Shown piece by piece: positions 12,401-55,762 of a stretch of 64,000 nucleotides of DNA; position 1 is the first letter of the stretch; every line of letters begins with the position of its first letter. The notes below the pieces were generated by a model. The model was not told the origin of the DNA, did no database searches, and saw nothing but the letters and a program-made list of their open reading frames with translations. The stretch covers positions 1,116,001 through 1,180,000 of the forward strand of contig CM035353.1 of the NCBI GenBank assembly GCA_020137815.1, read 5' to 3'. Source of the DNA: Hormiphora californensis (Eukaryota; Animalia; Ctenophora). The position numbers and the translations under genes are program-made.

Positions 12401-13638
12401 GTGACAAGTTTACACGCTTATTACAAGCGAAGCCATTACTAAATGCCAAGGCGGAAACGGTATGTAAGAGCTTAGTTGAGGACTGGATGAACATCTATGG
12501 AGTCCCTGAGATGGTATTGTCGGACCGAGGCAGCAATCTTCATAGTGCACACATCACTATTGAGCTATATAAAATCCTTGGAATAAAGAAGGTCGCCACA
12601 ACCAGTTACCATCCCCAATGCAATGGACTGGCAGAGAACTTCAATAAAACCATCATTGTGATCATTAAGAAGTTAGTTGGTGAATACCCGGAACAGTGGT
12701 CGGATAAGTTGAGCCACGCTGTTTTTGCTTTGAACAGCTCTGTAAATGCCTCGACTCGGTTTTCACCACATGAACTGTTCTTTGGTCGTGAATTGAGAGC
12801 TCCACATGACCTCTTATACAGTACCACTACCACGACCCACTACGCCTCGGGGGCGCATCTTGTTTCTGCTTTATATGAGAATACCAGGGATTCATACGAT
12901 CTGGTGAGATTAAATGCAGCATCTGCTGCTCGGAGACAGAAACTTGCCTATGATAAAAAGAAAGGTTTCCATACAGTATATGAAGTTGGTGATAAAGTCT
13001 TGGTTTGGAAACCCCTGCCCCCCACTGTGACTCAGTACCGTAAGCTTAAGAGCAAGTTCTCAGGACCTTGGACCGTTGAGAGGATTCTATCTGAATGGAC
13101 TTATGAACTCAAGAATGATGTGACAAAGAAGGTCATTGTTACCCACTTTGACTCCCTCAGGAAAATACCCACTGATCTGAGATTGTCATATAGTCCTAAG
13201 GATTCTGCATATACGAATAAACCTGGGAAACCCTCCAAGAAAACAAGTGGTGAGGCTGCTGATAGAAGTCCAACCATTGTTAACAGTGAAAGTGACTCAG
13301 ATAGTGAAGAATCAGGCAATGATAAACAAGGGTCACTATTTGGCTTCTTGAACAACCCAGTGGCCGGGGATGATAATGTCGACAACAACGAGCATGAGGA
13401 GGCACGTGACACGGTAGAAGCCAGGCAAGATGTGGAGGAATCCTCTGCAGCTGAAAGTTTCACTACAGCTCCCCATGATGGAGAACAAGATGAAGTAAGC
13501 GAACAAGATGAATCACATGAATCGGATGGTGAAGAAGGGGACGATGAGAGTGAGGACAAGGACCAAGAAAGGGCACCCAGCAAATACAATCTACGGAGAG
13601 AAAGAAAGCAAGTGCAAAGGTATGGAGCAGGACAATAA
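9403..13638 (+). CDS. pol: Pol polyprotein (protease, RT, RNase H, integrase); frame open from 9313
   Basis: LVDTGA protease; LDFRALN, FSSLDIRDGF, FIDD RT; FTDAS..KREFYAL RNase H; HH-CC, DLVGP, SDRGS, GLAENFNK and FSGPW integrase. Confidence 0.97.
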   Translation: MSDEDKAQHINEEHLGDECTNSIPVSQVSICAEKLHIFLDIGGVPVEALVDTGACVNILSMNAASAVLANTSTKLKKCAVTLVGVAGVPIPCAGMLESTSVKIGTLTLPVDFVVAQISETCIVGQPFLLQNCCTIDFECHTLCMHGVTLPLGVKPSARAYEVRVKESCELEKGHAFIECYVVATDGTSVPNHQFWVKFQEEWSCLSETENPLEVFSVNVSEGRTAIPVCIDSPDVMIALPKNYLLGISTPAVYCKRVETTETDNMGGNDFAKERVEEILEQLELCSNPLLQGEELQQAEALIAEYADVFSLGRHELKRTDLVQHEINLTTDVPVRLPYRRVPLHLREDCVKELESLLQAGIIEHSESSYNTPAIVMKRKGKVRIILDFRALNQITVRSYCTVPALNTITAGCHGATVFSSLDIRDGFLQVPLKQDHKPYTAFAIPGVGFFQFTVMALGLCGSPGTFQNLLDRLLAGIPPSVGSAFIDDILSPAKSIKEMLANLRVIFGRIRISNLRFNPRKCTLFKTRLRYCGTFLTADGIEADSEKITAIREMREPHSLKDVRRLLGCYSWFRTHIANFSTIAKGLTDCLKQSEKFKVTDEARESIRLLNAALTSPPILIYPSTELELMVFTDASLTGIGGTIGHIINGTYRPIAYSSKVLNETEQRYPSYKREFYALWYHITKQWRYYLLGAKFTAYVDMKAITAKGFLKRTNEAILTRWIMDLSDYNFELLYRAGEMMEVPDCLSRLPKRSEELFEWWSKKADSELDSEEETQEKNDGKNISLIATVAQQVTTSNITTLPKNLPGGSNGLGSYDNPLKACSSDGMKKLQDMDTDIKTVKKWIDEGRPSKLGEVQAPSESLLKMWMLFPHMCLSSEGLLCYKYYSSTSKKYRQLIFVPTGGRNELLKAHHDTDSAGHLGPKKTLLRMREKYFFEGMTKQVKMYCSTCPECFKHNDVYKKKPAAPLKPITSVRPGQYLCIDLVGPIRGGNRYKWVLTMCDKFTRLLQAKPLLNAKAETVCKSLVEDWMNIYGVPEMVLSDRGSNLHSAHITIELYKILGIKKVATTSYHPQCNGLAENFNKTIIVIIKKLVGEYPEQWSDKLSHAVFALNSSVNASTRFSPHELFFGRELRAPHDLLYSTTTTTHYASGAHLVSALYENTRDSYDLVRLNAASAARRQKLAYDKKKGFHTVYEVGDKVLVWKPLPPTVTQYRKLKSKFSGPWTVERILSEWTYELKNDVTKKVIVTHFDSLRKIPTDLRLSYSPKDSAYTNKPGKPSKKTSGEAADRSPTIVNSESDSDSEESGNDKQGSLFGFLNNPVAGDDNVDNNEHEEARDTVEARQDVEESSAAESFTTAPHDGEQDEVSEQDESHESDGEEGDDESEDKDQERAPSKYNLRRERKQVQRYGAGQ

Positions 13639-14096
13639 TCAACACAAGAGACTTGTGCGGGTCGAGGGAGAGAGAGAATATGAGAGGAATTGAGTTGAAA
13701 CTTGATAAGTGAGTAATCGAACTGAACAAAGACTGATTTGAAAAAACTGTGTACACAGGCCATTACTAGCAGGATGCTGTGGTAAGCCGTCCCTGAGAGG
13801 AGAGATTGCCTCAGACTGGACCCGCGTCGTTGTATTCTATCTGTAGCACTCTTACAATATCGTTGTATCCTTATTGTAGTAGCAAGTTATTAAGTTACAT
13901 TTTCCAGTTGCTAGTTTTGGTTTGCTTTGTCGTGCGCAGGCTCGGCGGGATTTGTTGGATCTCGTTGTGCAGCTGAGACCCGTCACTCGAGGTTGCACAC
14001 CGAAATCTATAGACGGGCTTGTCCTGTCGTGCCTTGCACAGCATAGCCATTTTGAATATTATTAACCATCTCTCTCTCTCTTAGTAAAACCCTGAA

Positions 14097-16373
14097 ATGT
14101 TAAGTACTTGGGTGAGCTTTTACCTGCTATGCTCCTGGGCTCTTGCCGATGCTGTTCGCAAAGAGGACAAGTTTGATGGAAGCAGAGCCCTCATGACCAC
14201 TGATGGTCCGGTTATTAAAAAGGAATTGGGAGTTGCCCTGATGCCAGGGAAAATTCTTGCCACATCGGAGTCGACTATTGTGCAGTCTGTTTTCCTACAA
14301 TTGGAGAAACCGGGTTTACCAGATGCACCTTGCCAAATTGACTGTCTACCCGATGTAAACAGATTAAGGCCACTTGTGCCAATCACCAGCCACAGCTGCT
14401 GGATACATAAGATGATAATTGCCAAGCCATCAATAATTGAGGTATTGAGCAGGGAAACTGTAGTGCAATGCTTCACTGAGTGCTTGAGGAACTTGCAATG
14501 TGAAGTGATCTCCTTTGATATCAGCCAAGGTCGATGCTGGTTACAAAACAAAGGTTACTACAGACTTGGGGCGAAAGATGACAGGTTGAATTCAGCCACG
14601 GTGTTAATGGAGTGCTTACTAGCACATATGAGCATGTCACGATCTACTGCATGCGGGGCCAAGGGTAATCCGTTATTTGAGATGGTAGGCGATGAAATTA
14701 AGGAGTTCCGCCGCAAACTGGAGAAGCAGCTAACGGACAGGTTTTATGACCTGAGGGCTGCATTTGACATATCTTGGGGAGCCGCTAATGCTACTCACTC
14801 GCAAGGGAGGCATAAACGAGGTGCTTTTGACTTTTTAGAACAAATACCAGTTGTTAACTGGTTCTATCAGTTACTCAAGTCACCCTCGGACAACCGGAAG
14901 TTAAGGGACCATGTATTTAAACTCCAAGATTCTTTCTCTAGATTCAGTAGAGAAGTTATAGCTGGTGTCAATCGGGGAAGAAGATTTGATCGGGAGATCC
15001 TAAAAATTGTGGATACGGAAACAAAACTTATTTATGGACACCTGGACAGCCTGAAATGCGATATAGCTTCAGTGGCTTCTATGCTAATACAGGTACAAAC
15101 TGATAAGCTTTATGAGAGAAAACTTGAAAATCTCTTCTATGGCACCAGGCATGGAAAGCTGGTTACCCCTGTAGCCACAACGCTGACATTGGAGGATCTC
15201 AGATTAGTGGCTGAGCGAAATAAGGTGTTTGAGGGAACATTGTACCAATCTATACCTGAGCTACTCTTCAGAGTCGCCGACTTGATGCTCGTCGGGGTCA
15301 ACAATACAAACCGAGCAATGATGATGCACTATGTTTTAGTCGCTCCAAGGTTGATGGAGAACGGGCTATTTAGAACCTATGTGCCGAAAACAGTGCCATT
15401 TGCCAGCTCCGACAAGGCGGAGCACTGCTTTGAAGTTGACACGCCTGAATTGGTAATAATTGACGAGAATGTTGTAAAAACCGTCAGTATTGGTGAGTGT
15501 ATGGAGAAGGATGACGTCATATTTTGCACAGAGAATTTGGAGGATAAGTTTTCTCCCTCCAAGAAACCTTGGAACTGCCTATTGGAAGAGGAAGAAGAGA
15601 GGAAAAAGTGCACTATCAAACCTACCGAATGTAGCACTAGGATGCTCTTCACAAAGGCTGGAGCACTCATCTTTTCTAATGAGGAAATTTCAGCCATGAG
15701 AATAACTGATCGGACACATTTGAATGTTATCAGTGAACCAGGGATCACAAACTACTTTGTAGATTGGCAGCTATTCAAACTTGTGCAAAGCTCACATATG
15801 ATCATGTACTCGATTGAAGCGGCAGAAAACGCCACGGTACTTGTGTATGACGCCCCTAAATCACTGGGAAAAATGAGAGACTGGTTGCTAGCTAAAGAGA
15901 TCGAGTACAATAACAAAAATATCACGCGACTAATCGCATTGATAAACAACACAGCTGATATTGTACTGGAGGATCACACTGTAGGTTACCTAGGACTCAG
16001 TGTGTCCAAATCAAAGGTCCTAGAAATACTGACATGGGTGTCCGTGGTAATAACTATAATAGGAGTAACCTCCTGGCTTGTGATGAAGTATGTTGCTACC
16101 AACTATGGACCAGCGAAGATCCTCAAGTGGTCACAGATGATCCAGGCATTAACACCCCACCAGCCGACACCACACCAGCCGACACCACAACAGCCAACAC
16201 CACAACAGCCAACACCACAACAGCCGACAGAACCAGAAGGAGAGGAGGGGAAGGAGAATGGAGTAAACGTAGAAGTGGGAGAGATTGCCCCAGCCGTTGA
16301 AACCAAAATTATGATTGAGCAGCCTGTTTCAGCACCACCCCAGTTTCCGTTTAATCTATACCCTAAGATCTAA
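14097..16373 (+). CDS. env: Env-like class I fusion glycoprotein (F-type), 758 aa
   Basis: Signal peptide; RHKR furin site (14808-14819) followed by hydrophobic GAFDFLEQIPVVNWF; helical region; Cys-rich region; N-glycosylation sequons; TM segment ILTWVSVVITIIGVTSWLVM; position between pol and 3' LTR. Confidence 0.88.
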   Translation: MLSTWVSFYLLCSWALADAVRKEDKFDGSRALMTTDGPVIKKELGVALMPGKILATSESTIVQSVFLQLEKPGLPDAPCQIDCLPDVNRLRPLVPITSHSCWIHKMIIAKPSIIEVLSRETVVQCFTECLRNLQCEVISFDISQGRCWLQNKGYYRLGAKDDRLNSATVLMECLLAHMSMSRSTACGAKGNPLFEMVGDEIKEFRRKLEKQLTDRFYDLRAAFDISWGAANATHSQGRHKRGAFDFLEQIPVVNWFYQLLKSPSDNRKLRDHVFKLQDSFSRFSREVIAGVNRGRRFDREILKIVDTETKLIYGHLDSLKCDIASVASMLIQVQTDKLYERKLENLFYGTRHGKLVTPVATTLTLEDLRLVAERNKVFEGTLYQSIPELLFRVADLMLVGVNNTNRAMMMHYVLVAPRLMENGLFRTYVPKTVPFASSDKAEHCFEVDTPELVIIDENVVKTVSIGECMEKDDVIFCTENLEDKFSPSKKPWNCLLEEEEERKKCTIKPTECSTRMLFTKAGALIFSNEEISAMRITDRTHLNVISEPGITNYFVDWQLFKLVQSSHMIMYSIEAAENATVLVYDAPKSLGKMRDWLLAKEIEYNNKNITRLIALINNTADIVLEDHTVGYLGLSVSKSKVLEILTWVSVVITIIGVTSWLVMKYVATNYGPAKILKWSQMIQALTPHQPTPHQPTPQQPTPQQPTPQQPTEPEGEEGKENGVNVEVGEIAPAVETKIMIEQPVSAPPQFPFNLYPKI

Positions 16374-16751
16374 CATGTAATTGTCTTTCTTTTCTCTCTT
16401 GCAACACATATTTTTATGTAGTTTATCTTTTTAGGACATGAGCGGCCGCATATTGATACACATATATATATTGCATTTGACAACTAGTTAGAAGGCTTCA
16501 CTCACGCGGTCGCTCCGCACATATAAATATACATTAGGACACCTCTTCATTAACAGTTTCTGAACACCTTTACCTTTCTCGATCACCCTAGTTAAAGTTT
16601 GTCAAACTCACAGGTCAGTCAATCTATATTAGTCATGTAGTAGTAAATAGTATAGAGTAGCACATTTGCATTATACCTTTATTTTATCTTTGAGCATATC
16701 TTTGTATTATGGTTATAAAATATAATTATCACCCATTCTCCCTCCAGACCC

Positions 16752-16967
16752 ATGGATCTCGTGACTGAGTTGGAAAAGATATTAAATGATGACTCTACAA
16801 AGGACGCTGCTACCCAGACTACTCCTCAGCCTCCCAACCCAACGCTGGAAGAGCTAGCCTCTCTAATAAGGAGGTTGTTGTCGGAACTACGACGCCGAGA
16901 CACCCGGACTGCCCAGCCAGGTTTCAGGAGGAGGTACAACAACACCAGACACCCGGAATCCCGCTAG
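16752..16967 (+). CDS. Putative accessory ORF4 of the retroelement (71 aa, Leu-rich helix and Arg-rich tail)
   Basis: Preceded by pyrimidine tract and CAG (16746-16747); ends 9 nt before the PPT; GC-richer than the AT-rich spacer before it. Confidence 0.55.
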   Translation: MDLVTELEKILNDDSTKDAATQTTPQPPNPTLEELASLIRRLLSELRRRDTRTAQPGFRRRYNNTRHPESR

Positions 16968-16975
16968 ACACTGTC

Positions 16976-16984
16976 GGAGGGGAG
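16976..16984 (+). promoter_or_regulatory. Polypurine tract
   Basis: GGAGGGGAG ending 2 nt before the 3' LTR. Confidence 0.75.
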
Positions 16985-16986
16985 TG

Positions 16987-17342
<356 letters not shown>

Positions 17343-17933
17343 GCATTATGGATACATAATGCACATAATTCTTGTTAAAATCAGTAAATTTATCAGGTAA
17401 ATTAACCACAGCGATTCTTTCGACAGAAAAACCACGGGTCCTCTTTTGCCAGGTCCTGAAGTATTTTATGAAGGAGCACATTTGCAAAATACTTTCACGT
17501 ATTACTGCCATTTCTTATTAGTGCCATTGATACTTTGTTATTACGTGTGTTGACAACATTTTTTGAATAATAATCACCTCTTTTGTAGGATTCTATCACG
17601 TAGTCTATAGGCGTCAGCGCCAGTTTGGGACATAGGGCTCCTCCAAACTCGCTGGCGATTGTGTTGAAGTTGAGTAGTCATGTTCACGAAACGTGGTGAA
17701 CAGGGGGTGAACAGATCAAATCGAGCAAACGATCAATCACACAACCGGCAGAGAGATGAATCAAGGATGCACGTGCATTTTAAGGCTCAAGCTGGCAGGT
17801 TGCCAGGGTCCCTCTAGGGACAACACGTGCAAAAGGCCATTTCCAGGAATTTTTGTGCCATATTTGGTAAAAAAACCATCACCCATCATTTCCCTATTTG
17901 CTTTAATAATAGTATGATTAGTATTATTTATTA

Positions 17934-17981
<48 letters not shown>

Positions 17982-18779
17982 CATTATTTAGTATAAGATT
18001 TGACACTTGAACTTTCTGTATATAAAGCCTCCATTACATTTGTAAAAGTTTCACCGTGCGGGGCGCGGTGAGATAGGGTCGAGTAAGGCAAGCTTCCTGT
18101 TTATATAGCTTGGATGTATTTTGAGTCCACTCATGAAGTGGGTACAATATGTGTTATCGGGGTTGTGACCGACCATGAACGATATGAACCATTTTAGGGT
18201 AAAATGTGGTACGAGTACGACAAACTATATACAAAGACTAAAGAATAGAAACTATCATAGTACATAATAAACGCTACCACTAATATAACTCGAGGGAACC
18301 CTTCCTGTGACCGTTCCCTAACCCTAACACATATTGTCCATGTTCATCACGCGGCTAGTCATACCCCCACACTCTAAACTCTCCTAAGTTCGTAGCTCTG
18401 AGAAGTGATAGCAGTCCAAACACCGTCTTATCCTCCCTCCCCTCTCTCGCTACGTGTTGCTCGGTGCTTGCTGCACGTCTGTAGACATAACAACCCATGT
18501 TATGAGACATATATCGTATATGAAAATAGAAGGAGGGGGTTAGAAGGGGGTTATGAACATATAATCCCGATAAAATATGTGGTTTCAGGTAGGAAGGAGA
18601 GGGGGGGTTAGAAGGGGGTTATCTATATGTGCTATAACACCGGTGTGTATCTGTATATCGCGCCCCGCGCGGGGCGTGATATGCACGCATATCGGCTCCT
18701 TGCGGAGCAAGGAGACGATATGCAATATATCGCCCCGAACGTAGTGAGGGCGATATATTTGATACACATAAGGTGTTAT

Positions 18780-19300
18780 AGCATATAACGCCCACTGCAA
18801 GCAAGGAGAGAACAACACTAATCCCCTTTCAAGTTTTTAAACTAAATTTGACAAACTATTCAACATCATCAAAGTTTCACAGTTTAACAACAAATAATGA
18901 CACAGCGAGAGAGAGGTAACACAACTCATGTCAACCCTTCAAATATGTTCCCTTTTCAACTCCAGACATGTCTATACATGTCTAGACACTCACACACGCA
19001 CAAGCGAACTATTGGGTGCTAATTAAATAGAGAGAGATAACGATTACCAATGTCTCTCTTGTCTCTCTCTCTTGTCGCCATTCTGCCGCCCCTTGTTGTG
19101 TCAATCTCTCTCTATTTGCAACAGTGTGTACACACAAACAAAAGAAAGAGCTTTCACACCTTTTTGGGCGAATTCTTGCGTGTAATAAACTGCACTTTTA
19201 TAGCGGGAGTTATGAGATTTATCACTTCGGGTTCAGTCATATCAGCCCGCTACCGCGCGGGTGTTATTTCTCCAAAAAATGCGCAGTGGGCGTTATATTA
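18780..19300. mobile_element. Probable non-autonomous DNA transposon
   Basis: Inverted termini ATATAACGCCCACTGC / GCAGTGGGCGTTATAT. Confidence 0.5.
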
Positions 19301-19464
19301 TAATATAATCCCGATAAAAAGGGGGGTTAGAAAGGTGGTTTCAGGTAGCTCCTACTAACAGTATATGTTTTCAGATTCCCAGTGAGGAACTATTTGTACC
19401 CCTATCACCATGGTAACTATGGTTACACACACCTGGTTACCATGGTAACAGTATATGTTTTCAG

Positions 19465-30447
<10,983 letters not shown>

Positions 30448-31194
30448 CTGCTGAGTTACCATGACAACGTAGCTACCCAGGCCTAGCTACATGGTTACCA
30501 TGACAAGATAACTACCCAGGCCTAGCTGCAGAGTTACCATGACAACGTAACTACCCAGGCCTAGCTCAACCTGCAATTGCTATGACAACATTGTTGTGTA
30601 ATGATCTGTGATGACCCGTCTGAGTGTCATCTTCACAGGGTCGTATATTATGGCTGAGATTGAGTTGTGTACTGTTGTAATAAATATAGTCTATTATAGG
30701 GAGAATATAAATAGTCGTGCCTGACCCTCAGGTTCATGCTATTTTCCACTGTTATACATATAATAGTTAATACGGTATAATGTGATGCGTTTTGTAAATT
30801 ATAGTAAGCTACGATGCATTGAGGATTTTATAAACAGCTGTATAATCTGAGCTGGAGTTTTAAATTTCACAGTTTTTCAAAGTAAAATAGTTTCATTTCT
30901 TTGTCTGCAACAGTAAACTTTAAGTAAAGTAATTTCATTCCTTGAGAGAGGATGCAAGATGATGTCAATGAGTTTGGAGAGTGATCAGTGTCAGCACTGT
31001 AAAATGTTAACAAGGACTCTCCACATTAGTTGAGTAAGAACTGGTTACCATGGTTACTGGACTCAGTTGTTGGTGGTGACGTCACTGGTTACCATGGTTA
31101 CTGGACTCAGTTGTTGGTGGTGACGTCACTGGTTACCATGGTTACTGGACTCAGTTGTTGGTGGTGACGTCACTGGTTACCATGGTTACTGGAC

Positions 31195-51619
<20,425 letters not shown>

Positions 51620-51780
51620 CACAGAGCTACTATACTGTGTAAAGATCAATAACTCCCATACAAAGTATAATATCACTTCTCGTCTTGCTTCTTATCGTTT
51701 TGCATCGAATTTCGTCCTCGTGTTTTAACAGTACCACAGCAAATGGCTACCTTGTAGCTTTTACACAAAACAGCGAAAGA

Positions 51781-52727
51781 ATGGAAATCGACAAAAACTG
51801 GTACGATGAATGGACACAAAAAGTGAAGAGGCTACCAGTCACCATGAACAGCGTTCTGGGGAGAGAATGGGAGGCCGACCAGAAGAACGGATGGAAGGAC
51901 GCCACTTGGCAGATAATGCGAGGTGAAAACTGGGATGCTTTGATTGAACTAATGGAAAATACGGTTAAAATGTACAAATTGCTGAACGACGCTGATGATA
52001 TCTTCGCCAAGTCCACCACAAATGAATCTGTCAAGCAAACAGCTGTGGACAGACTATAAGTGCAGACAAGGAAACCGCAGATTGCGAGGAATCGTTGGTG
52101 GATATTGAATCGGGCAGTGCATCTGAGTCACTATCCTGGATGCTTGATCGAAAATTGGAATCTTTTGATGATGAATCTGGCCCTGGGTCACTATCAATGT
52201 CTAGTGAAATTGCTTCCTCCTTATATAAAGAAGAAAACACGAGACCCACTGACAAGCGGCAGAATGTTATCGTGTTTTTACCTGCAGATATGGATTGCTC
52301 TATTCAGGATGAGGAGATTGAAAAAGCTTTTGCATACCTTGGGTGTGAACAATTTAGTATACTGAATACGGAAATGGTCAGGGACAGAGGTGAGGACTGC
52401 AACGGGAAAATTGTACTTAGAGTACAAATGAACACAGTAAAACAAGCATCAAAAGCCCTTGCTAATGCGTACAAACTGAAGAACTACCCTGTGTCTGGAA
52501 TATACATTGCCAAGGATATGACATACCATCAACGGCTAAAGATGCGACAACTTGTGAAGACTCTACGGTACAGGATAGAAATGCTACCAAAGTACCGATG
52601 GAAAATTGTTGATTGGGAAGTGGTTAACGTTGGTCGTTTCAAGAAACATGAGCAAGATTCCAAGCACGATTTGAAGGACAGTTATAATAGTGGTTCACTG
52701 TATAGTATTTCTAGTGGACCACTATAG
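51781..52727 (+). CDS. Solo LINE ORF1-like (RRM/CTD) coding region split into two overlapping frames (51781-52059; 52026-52727)
   Basis: NVIVFLP...LRVQM..AL.NAYKLK...IYIAKDMTYHQRLKMRQLV matches the ORF1p C-terminal pattern; AATAAA at 52778 and 52832; no ORF2 downstream. Confidence 0.6.
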
Positions 52728-53252
52728 TCAGTGGTGAAGTTTTTTTTGAGACGAATATTAAAGTAATCTGAGAAGTCAATAAAACTGAGTGAAAGGGTGT
52801 CCTGCCTAATGCAGACACCTACGATATAAACAATAAACATTTTGAAATTACTAATTACTATAGTGGGACATGGAAGTGAGTCTAGACATTATTTGCGTAG
52901 AGTACATGTCGAGTTGGCCGTGTGGCCAAAATCTTTATTATTATTATTATAAGCTAATACCTGATATACAAGATGAGGTGACTTGAGAACTTGATACAAA
53001 CAAATAGCAAACCAGCCGTCACTATAATACTAGTTGAGTAAGGAACTGTCATATTGTCATAAGAAGCTGTTATAACAATTGAAAATGAAATATACCCGCT
53101 GGCAAGACCAGTAGAGTCCCGTATTATACATAGGACAAATGTGATTTAGGTAGGGTACCACGCTGTTATAGTAAATCACCTGTACCATTCGTGCAGGCAG
53201 CACCAAGAAGTTATATAGGCAATTATTGCTATACAAAGCGACATATAGGGGT

Positions 53253-53340
<88 letters not shown>

Positions 53341-54441
53341 TATTGACATGATCCAATCATATATATTGGTGCACTCAGCAGTCCTCTGATTATCACTTCA
53401 CACGTCATTGTATAGTAACATGGTGCACTCTCATTAGTGTGCGCCTAGTGTTTACTGTGTTTAGTATTCATTGGTGCGTGCACACATGTATTTGGTATTA
53501 CACGTCCGGATGATGTAAGGGATGTGTATGATGGACCCACCTGAAGAAATGCAGCCAAAAGAAGGAATGCGAAAGACAAGAGCTCTGCATGATGTAACGG
53601 AGAATTTGAATTGTTAAAATTGCTGAAAAAAACTGAATAGGAACAATTTAACTAATACACTAAAACACTTTCAACCATGATAATGATGATACCTACAATT
53701 AATAAGAACAAGTAATATAATTTTGAAAAAAAACCAGATCAATTTGAGCCTATAATTACGAAACAACAGAGTATAATTTCACAAGACGATCAGGTAAACG
53801 TAGCAGATCACTCATCACGATGATGACAACTCTCACGATACACATGTAGCAGAATGACAACAAATTACAGTGTGTCGTGAACCCCAAGCCATCTCTCACC
53901 CGCCAAGGATCTTGGCAGAAAATTAATTACACGTGTAGTAATTACAATCTCATGATTACACATGTAGTTACTTGTTTTGGCGCGAGAAGAGTAATTACAA
54001 TCCTGGTGGAGGAATGAAGGGGAGGTGTTTATGAAGATATAGAATCCTGCTGCTCCTTCATAAAGATAGAAAGTGGGCAGCTCCTAGCTGGGTAATTAAC
54101 ACTTGTAATTAATTTGTTCAGCAAATTCTTGAGAGAGAGGTATCATGAGCTGTCACACGTGTCAATGAATCTTGGAATGGGCTGATAACTGAATTCTGCT
54201 CTTTAGGGGTACTGAGAAATTGGTTTTTATATTTTATCAAACTTTTACCATGGAAATTTGTTTCTAAACATAATATCCTTTATTGTAAACAAATTAGGAT
54301 AATACAATTACATATCACCCATATAATATAACTAGAAAGCCCGTTGGTTGAACCCCGTTGGTTGAACCCCGTTGACATCTATCTTTCTCTATCTCTTTCT
54401 CTCTCTATTTCTCTCTCTATTTCTCTCTCTATTTCTCTCTC

Positions 54442-54564
<123 letters not shown>

Positions 54565-55005
54565 ATCTCTTCATCATGTCCGTGTCGGGCTGAAGAACAT
54601 GGAGGTTGGTAGAGTGGCAGGGATGGTGATGAACATCAAGGGTGATCAGAAGAGGTCGCTTGAAGAGGGTCGCTTGAAACATGCCGAGTTAGGTGATATT
54701 ATCACTGATAAACATCCATAGAATTGTAGCTGTGTAGAGTAGTTAACGGGGGTACGTAGGTAGAAACGCTTTGGTATTCATCGGGGCAGCAACAGTGTCA
54801 GTAGATGGCAAAACACCACAAAACACCGCAGGAACACGCAGCACAACATCAAATAACATGCACGTGCAGTATTCACACCCTTCCCCACACTGCACACACC
54901 ATAACAACCCCTTGATTCGCACGGGCAAATAGGCAAATTGTTGCACGCTAGTGTTGCAAGCTAGGATACTCCATCATCACGACGTTCATTTGTACTTTAT
55001 AATAT

Positions 55006-55762
55006 AGGGTAAGCTGGGGTAAAAGTGGCCCATTTTTAACGTTTTGGGTTCTAAAATACGCAATATATACAGCAGGAAGAAAAAAATTATATAGGCTATC
55101 CAATGAGACGTTTTCTTTTCAGCCGAGCTAATTTTTAAAATCTGCAAGTTTTATTTAATGGGTTAATTAATCAATTCAAATAATTTGGTGAGGCGTTTTT
55201 TGGAAAATTTGCATCGGGGCAAAGTGGCCCAAGCCAATAGCATTGCTCGATTTTATCACGTGCCTGGTGTTGTTAGACGAAACGATCAAATTAGGGGCAA
55301 AGTGGCCCATGTTCTGCACCGGAACATGGGCCACTTTGCCCCTAATTTGACCGTCTGGACTACATGGCGCCTGCATTCCAATGTCACGTGGTATTGCAGG
55401 CGCCATTTCATTGGTCCTAGAGGTGGGCCACTGTGCCCCAGACCGGACCACTTTGCCCCGGAGAGTGGGCCATATTCGCCCCGATTTCACAAAATTGACA
55501 ATTTAATCAACTTAATATTGAGTTTTTTGAAAAAAATTTATATTAAGATTTAGAAGGATAAAAAACCTAACTGGCAGTTTTTGCAAAATTAAAATCGGCC
55601 AACTCAAACAGAAATTACAGCAGTTTTAAAGCAAAAATCCGGAACAGAACGAGCAGGTCTCCGCTGGAGAAAAAGTCACGTGACCACATGTAATAACTAG
55701 GGCCACTTTGCCCCAAACATGGGCCACTTTCCCCGGTGGGCCAAACTACCCCAGCTTACCCT
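55006..55762. mobile_element. Non-autonomous DNA transposon
   Basis: TIRs AGGGTAAGCTGGGGTA / TACCCCAGCTTACCCT; internal GGGCCACTTTGCCCC repeats in both orientations. Confidence 0.8.

Noticed and set aside
13101-13763. 220-aa Ser-rich antisense ORF over the pol 3' end
   Set aside because: Explained as the mirror of the acidic pol tail; no independent signals
17343-19350. Candidate PLAT-domain exons of the lipoxygenase (e.g. WMYFESTHEVGTICVIGVVTDH near 18110-18195)
   Set aside because: Could not be joined into an open spliced frame; left unresolved
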